A stretch of DNA of 64,000 nt from the human T2T-CHM13v2.0 reference genome, Homo sapiens, in assembly GCF_009914755.1 (NCBI RefSeq), contig NC_060925.1. One strand, 5' to 3'. Below are positions 61,146-64,000 of this stretch, piece after piece. Position 1 is the stretch's first letter. Every line of letters starts with the position of its first letter. Under the pieces are notes generated by a model. It had not been told where the DNA came from. It was given only the letters and a program-made list of their open reading frames with translations, and did not search any database. The translations under genes were made by a program, and so were the position numbers.

Positions 61146-61421
61146 TTTTTTTTAAACCTTTATTTTAACTTCAGGGGTACACGTGCAGGTTTGTTATATA
61201 GGTAAATTGTCACGGGAGTTGGTGTACAGACTATTTCATCACCCAGGCAATAAGCACAGTACCTGATAGGTAGTTTTTTTTATTATCTCCCTCCTCCTAC
61301 CCTCCACCCTTAAGGTAGGCCCCAGTCTGTTGCTCCCTTCTTTGTGTCCATGTGTTCTCGTTGTTTAGCCCCTACTTATAAGTGAAAACATTCAGTATTG
61401 GTTTTCTGTTCCTGTGTTAGT
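61146..61421 (-). mobile_element. 5'-truncated older L1PA 3' end
   Basis: CAGGGGTACACGTGCAGGTTTGTTA..; degenerate TSD AATAAA(C/T)TCAA. Confidence 0.85.
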
Positions 61422-61676
61422 AATAAATTCAATTATAACTGTTGTCACTAATCCTTCAAGGTTCATAAGCCCCAAGCATATAAAAAGACTGCAAATATAA
61501 TTTTCTTTCCTTTGGCCTCAAATGAAAAAGAATCAGGGCCTTTTTTTAGAAAACAACAACAACAACAAAAACATGCTAGCTTGTGTAAAACAGGAATGGG
61601 GTAGAGAAAGCCAATTGCTGAGAAGCCAAAGTTTCATTTATTCAGCTTTTATCTTTCTTTCTGTACAAAGTGCCTA

Positions 61677-61833
61677 GGAGACCAGCTTCATGGGTGTCCA
61701 ACTTACACAGTCACATAGGGAGAGCCCCACACTCAGTTTAATGCTCTACTGTTGCAGCCTTGAAACTATTAATTTTTGAACGAGGTCTACCACATAACTC
61801 ATTTTGCATTGGACTTTGCAAATAGCAGCCCTG
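61677..61833 (+). mobile_element. MER91A-like DNA transposon
   Basis: GCTTCATGGGTGT..TTTAATGCTCTACTGTTGC..CATTTTGCATTGG. Confidence 0.7.
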
Positions 61834-63649
61834 GGACCTGAGTATCTACTATCATAAATGAGAAAGGCTGCATTCAGTTCCACCCCTCAATCTCTCGGCC
61901 CATTCAAAAAAGGAAAAAAAAAGGCTGAGAAAAATTGTTAAATCCCCACTCTACACAGTATTAAAATTGAAAAGGACTCCCCTACTCCTATCAACATCAG
62001 TTCTTTGCTCCTAGCTATACCACTTCATTATTCCCAAGATGAGTAGTTTACATTATAAAAAGCAATGTTTCCCTTACAGTCAGGCATGAAGTATAAAGAT
62101 ACACATTTGGTCACCTCAAAAGTATTTATTTTCATCAACATTTTCCCTTGATATTTTCACTCTAAAATTGGGTAATTTTTTAGTACCCTAAATAACTTTC
62201 ATTAATTTTTAGAGTTTCCACTCCCAATGACTGAAAAAAAGATAAGTAACTCAATCACACAGCAATCAGTGGCAAAGTTAACTAGTTCCTGCTTGTTTTA
62301 ATAATTTACCTGGAAGAGGATGAAATGCAAAATACCTGGAAAGCAGATTTCCTTTGCTTTAAGAATTAGGTTTGTGGTTTTACAATTATTAGTCCACAAG
62401 GACTGGTTGCTTGAGTTTGTCCTACAAAGTAGGAAGTTAAATTAAGTATAGTCAACAGCCTTATAGTTCAGAGAAAGAGTTAAAGGAAATGGAAGTAGCC
62501 TTTTATTTAAACTTGAATGGATTCAGTTAAAGAAAAAGTACAATTTGTAGAAGACTCCACTATTTCAAAGTAGAGGGGATGATTACTAAAGGGTATTTTG
62601 AGCAAGTATTCTCTATGTAAATAAAGGGAAAAGCTGGACATAAATATGATACTTCATCACACATTTTTATAAACAGGAATTAGAGGCAGGCTAGTTTTAT
62701 CAGCTTACCCAAAGCTAAAAAAGCTAACAATATCACAACTACAAGTGGCTTACTGGTCAGCTGAGTTGATAGGATAGCAAACGTATTACTTCTTTGTGGT
62801 GACAGGTAAGAAAATAACATTTAAAAATTTCTTTTCAAGTAAGTTGGACTTGTATGCCGTTTTATTAAGCAAAATAGGCATTAGCCATCAACATCAACCA
62901 CTTTTGTAAGACACATCTGAAATTAGAATAAACATTAAAGTACATAATGACAATCTGCTTTAAGTCACTTTTGTTGAGAATTACAAACAAAATAATCACA
63001 GTCCCTGCCCTCTAAAATCTCCGTATTTCTGATATATCATTTCAGATGTAGTAACAATAATTAAATTGTTCTTGATCATAAAATTAGCTAAGAAAACCAC
63101 CTAACTTTAAAATTTCCTTTAAATTATTTTCAATACAATCATATTTACCTTAAATTAGATAGGACTCACAACAATATATTAGTAAATCTAAATGGCACAA
63201 ATCCATGGTCGCAATGGATCTGATTTGGCTTTTTATAGTTCTCAAGAGCCTTACACGTGTAATTCCAGCCAAAATTCAAACTATAACCAAACATGGTATT
63301 GATCAGATATTTTCTGTTTTAGCCAACTTCCAGCTAAGCTACAATTAAATACATAAACCTTGGATAACAAGAATTAACCTCATTCTTCAAACCCTAGGCA
63401 TACCAAAAAAAAAAGTAAATTCTACTTTTCTACTTTTTTCTACTTCTGCAGTAAGTGAGGAACTACCTACCAATAAGCCATCCTTTTGCCCTAACCTCCA
63501 ATAGAGAAAGTCTGAGTGTTATTTTATTATTTCCGTAAAGTCAATTAAAACATTACCTAAAATTTAGCTCTGGCCAACCACATGCCTTGTTATATTATAA
63601 GGGCTAATTCTATCTTAATCCAGATTACAAACCGCATTCAAGAAATTCA

Positions 63650-64000
63650 TGTTAGAGAGAAGGAAAGCAGCTCAGCAGTCAGCTATGCACAGTATGCAAG
63701 ATTTACCAGGCCCAGAAAGACTGGAGTAGGGGACTTCAGTCACTTGACTCTCATGCCCCCCACTGGGGGGAGGGCAATTGTTTAAACTAGGCATTCATTA
63801 TGTTCCTGACCTGATGCCTCACCCATTATTTTTATGTTCCTGAAATCTGTGATACAAAGAACAATGTATAGCCAATCGATAGCTTACGTTATCTTAATGT
63901 AAATTCTTGGTAAATAAACATAGAAACCGCTTTTTTTCTTAAAAATTCACTTGTAACTGCTGCTAATCACAGTGTATATCCAGGGCAACTTGAACCTATG
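63650..64000 (+). mobile_element. ERV LTR (family uncertain, LTR47-like), runs off the right edge
   Basis: Starts TGTTAG; AGCCAATC and CTTGTAACTGCTGCTAATC..CAGGGCAACTTGAA LTR motifs. Confidence 0.65.

Overview
Human (hominid) genomic DNA, repeat-rich and mostly intergenic. The right end holds the last two coding exons and 3'UTR of ZNF644 on the minus strand, which places the window at chr1p22 (locus assignment from memory). The most notable structure is at 29651-32578. There the PHKA1 processed pseudogene (PHKA1P1) and a full-length SVA lie inside ONE 12-bp target-site duplication (TGCTTTTCATTT), so they appear to be a single ~2.9-kb retrotransposed chimeric mRNA, i.e. an SVA 5'-transduction. 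In transcript order it reads: PHKA1 5'UTR/CpG island, spliced codons 1-206, an L2-derived cryptic terminal exon, SVA, poly(A). It keeps an uninterrupted 218-codon ORF carrying an R186C-equivalent change. The rest of the window is Alu, L1, L2, MIR, MaLR/ERV LTRs and DNA transposons, including a deeply nested stack at 12.2-22.7 kb. Repeat subfamily names and parent-gene comparisons come from recalled consensus sequences, not database searches. Boundaries of old repeats are approximate.
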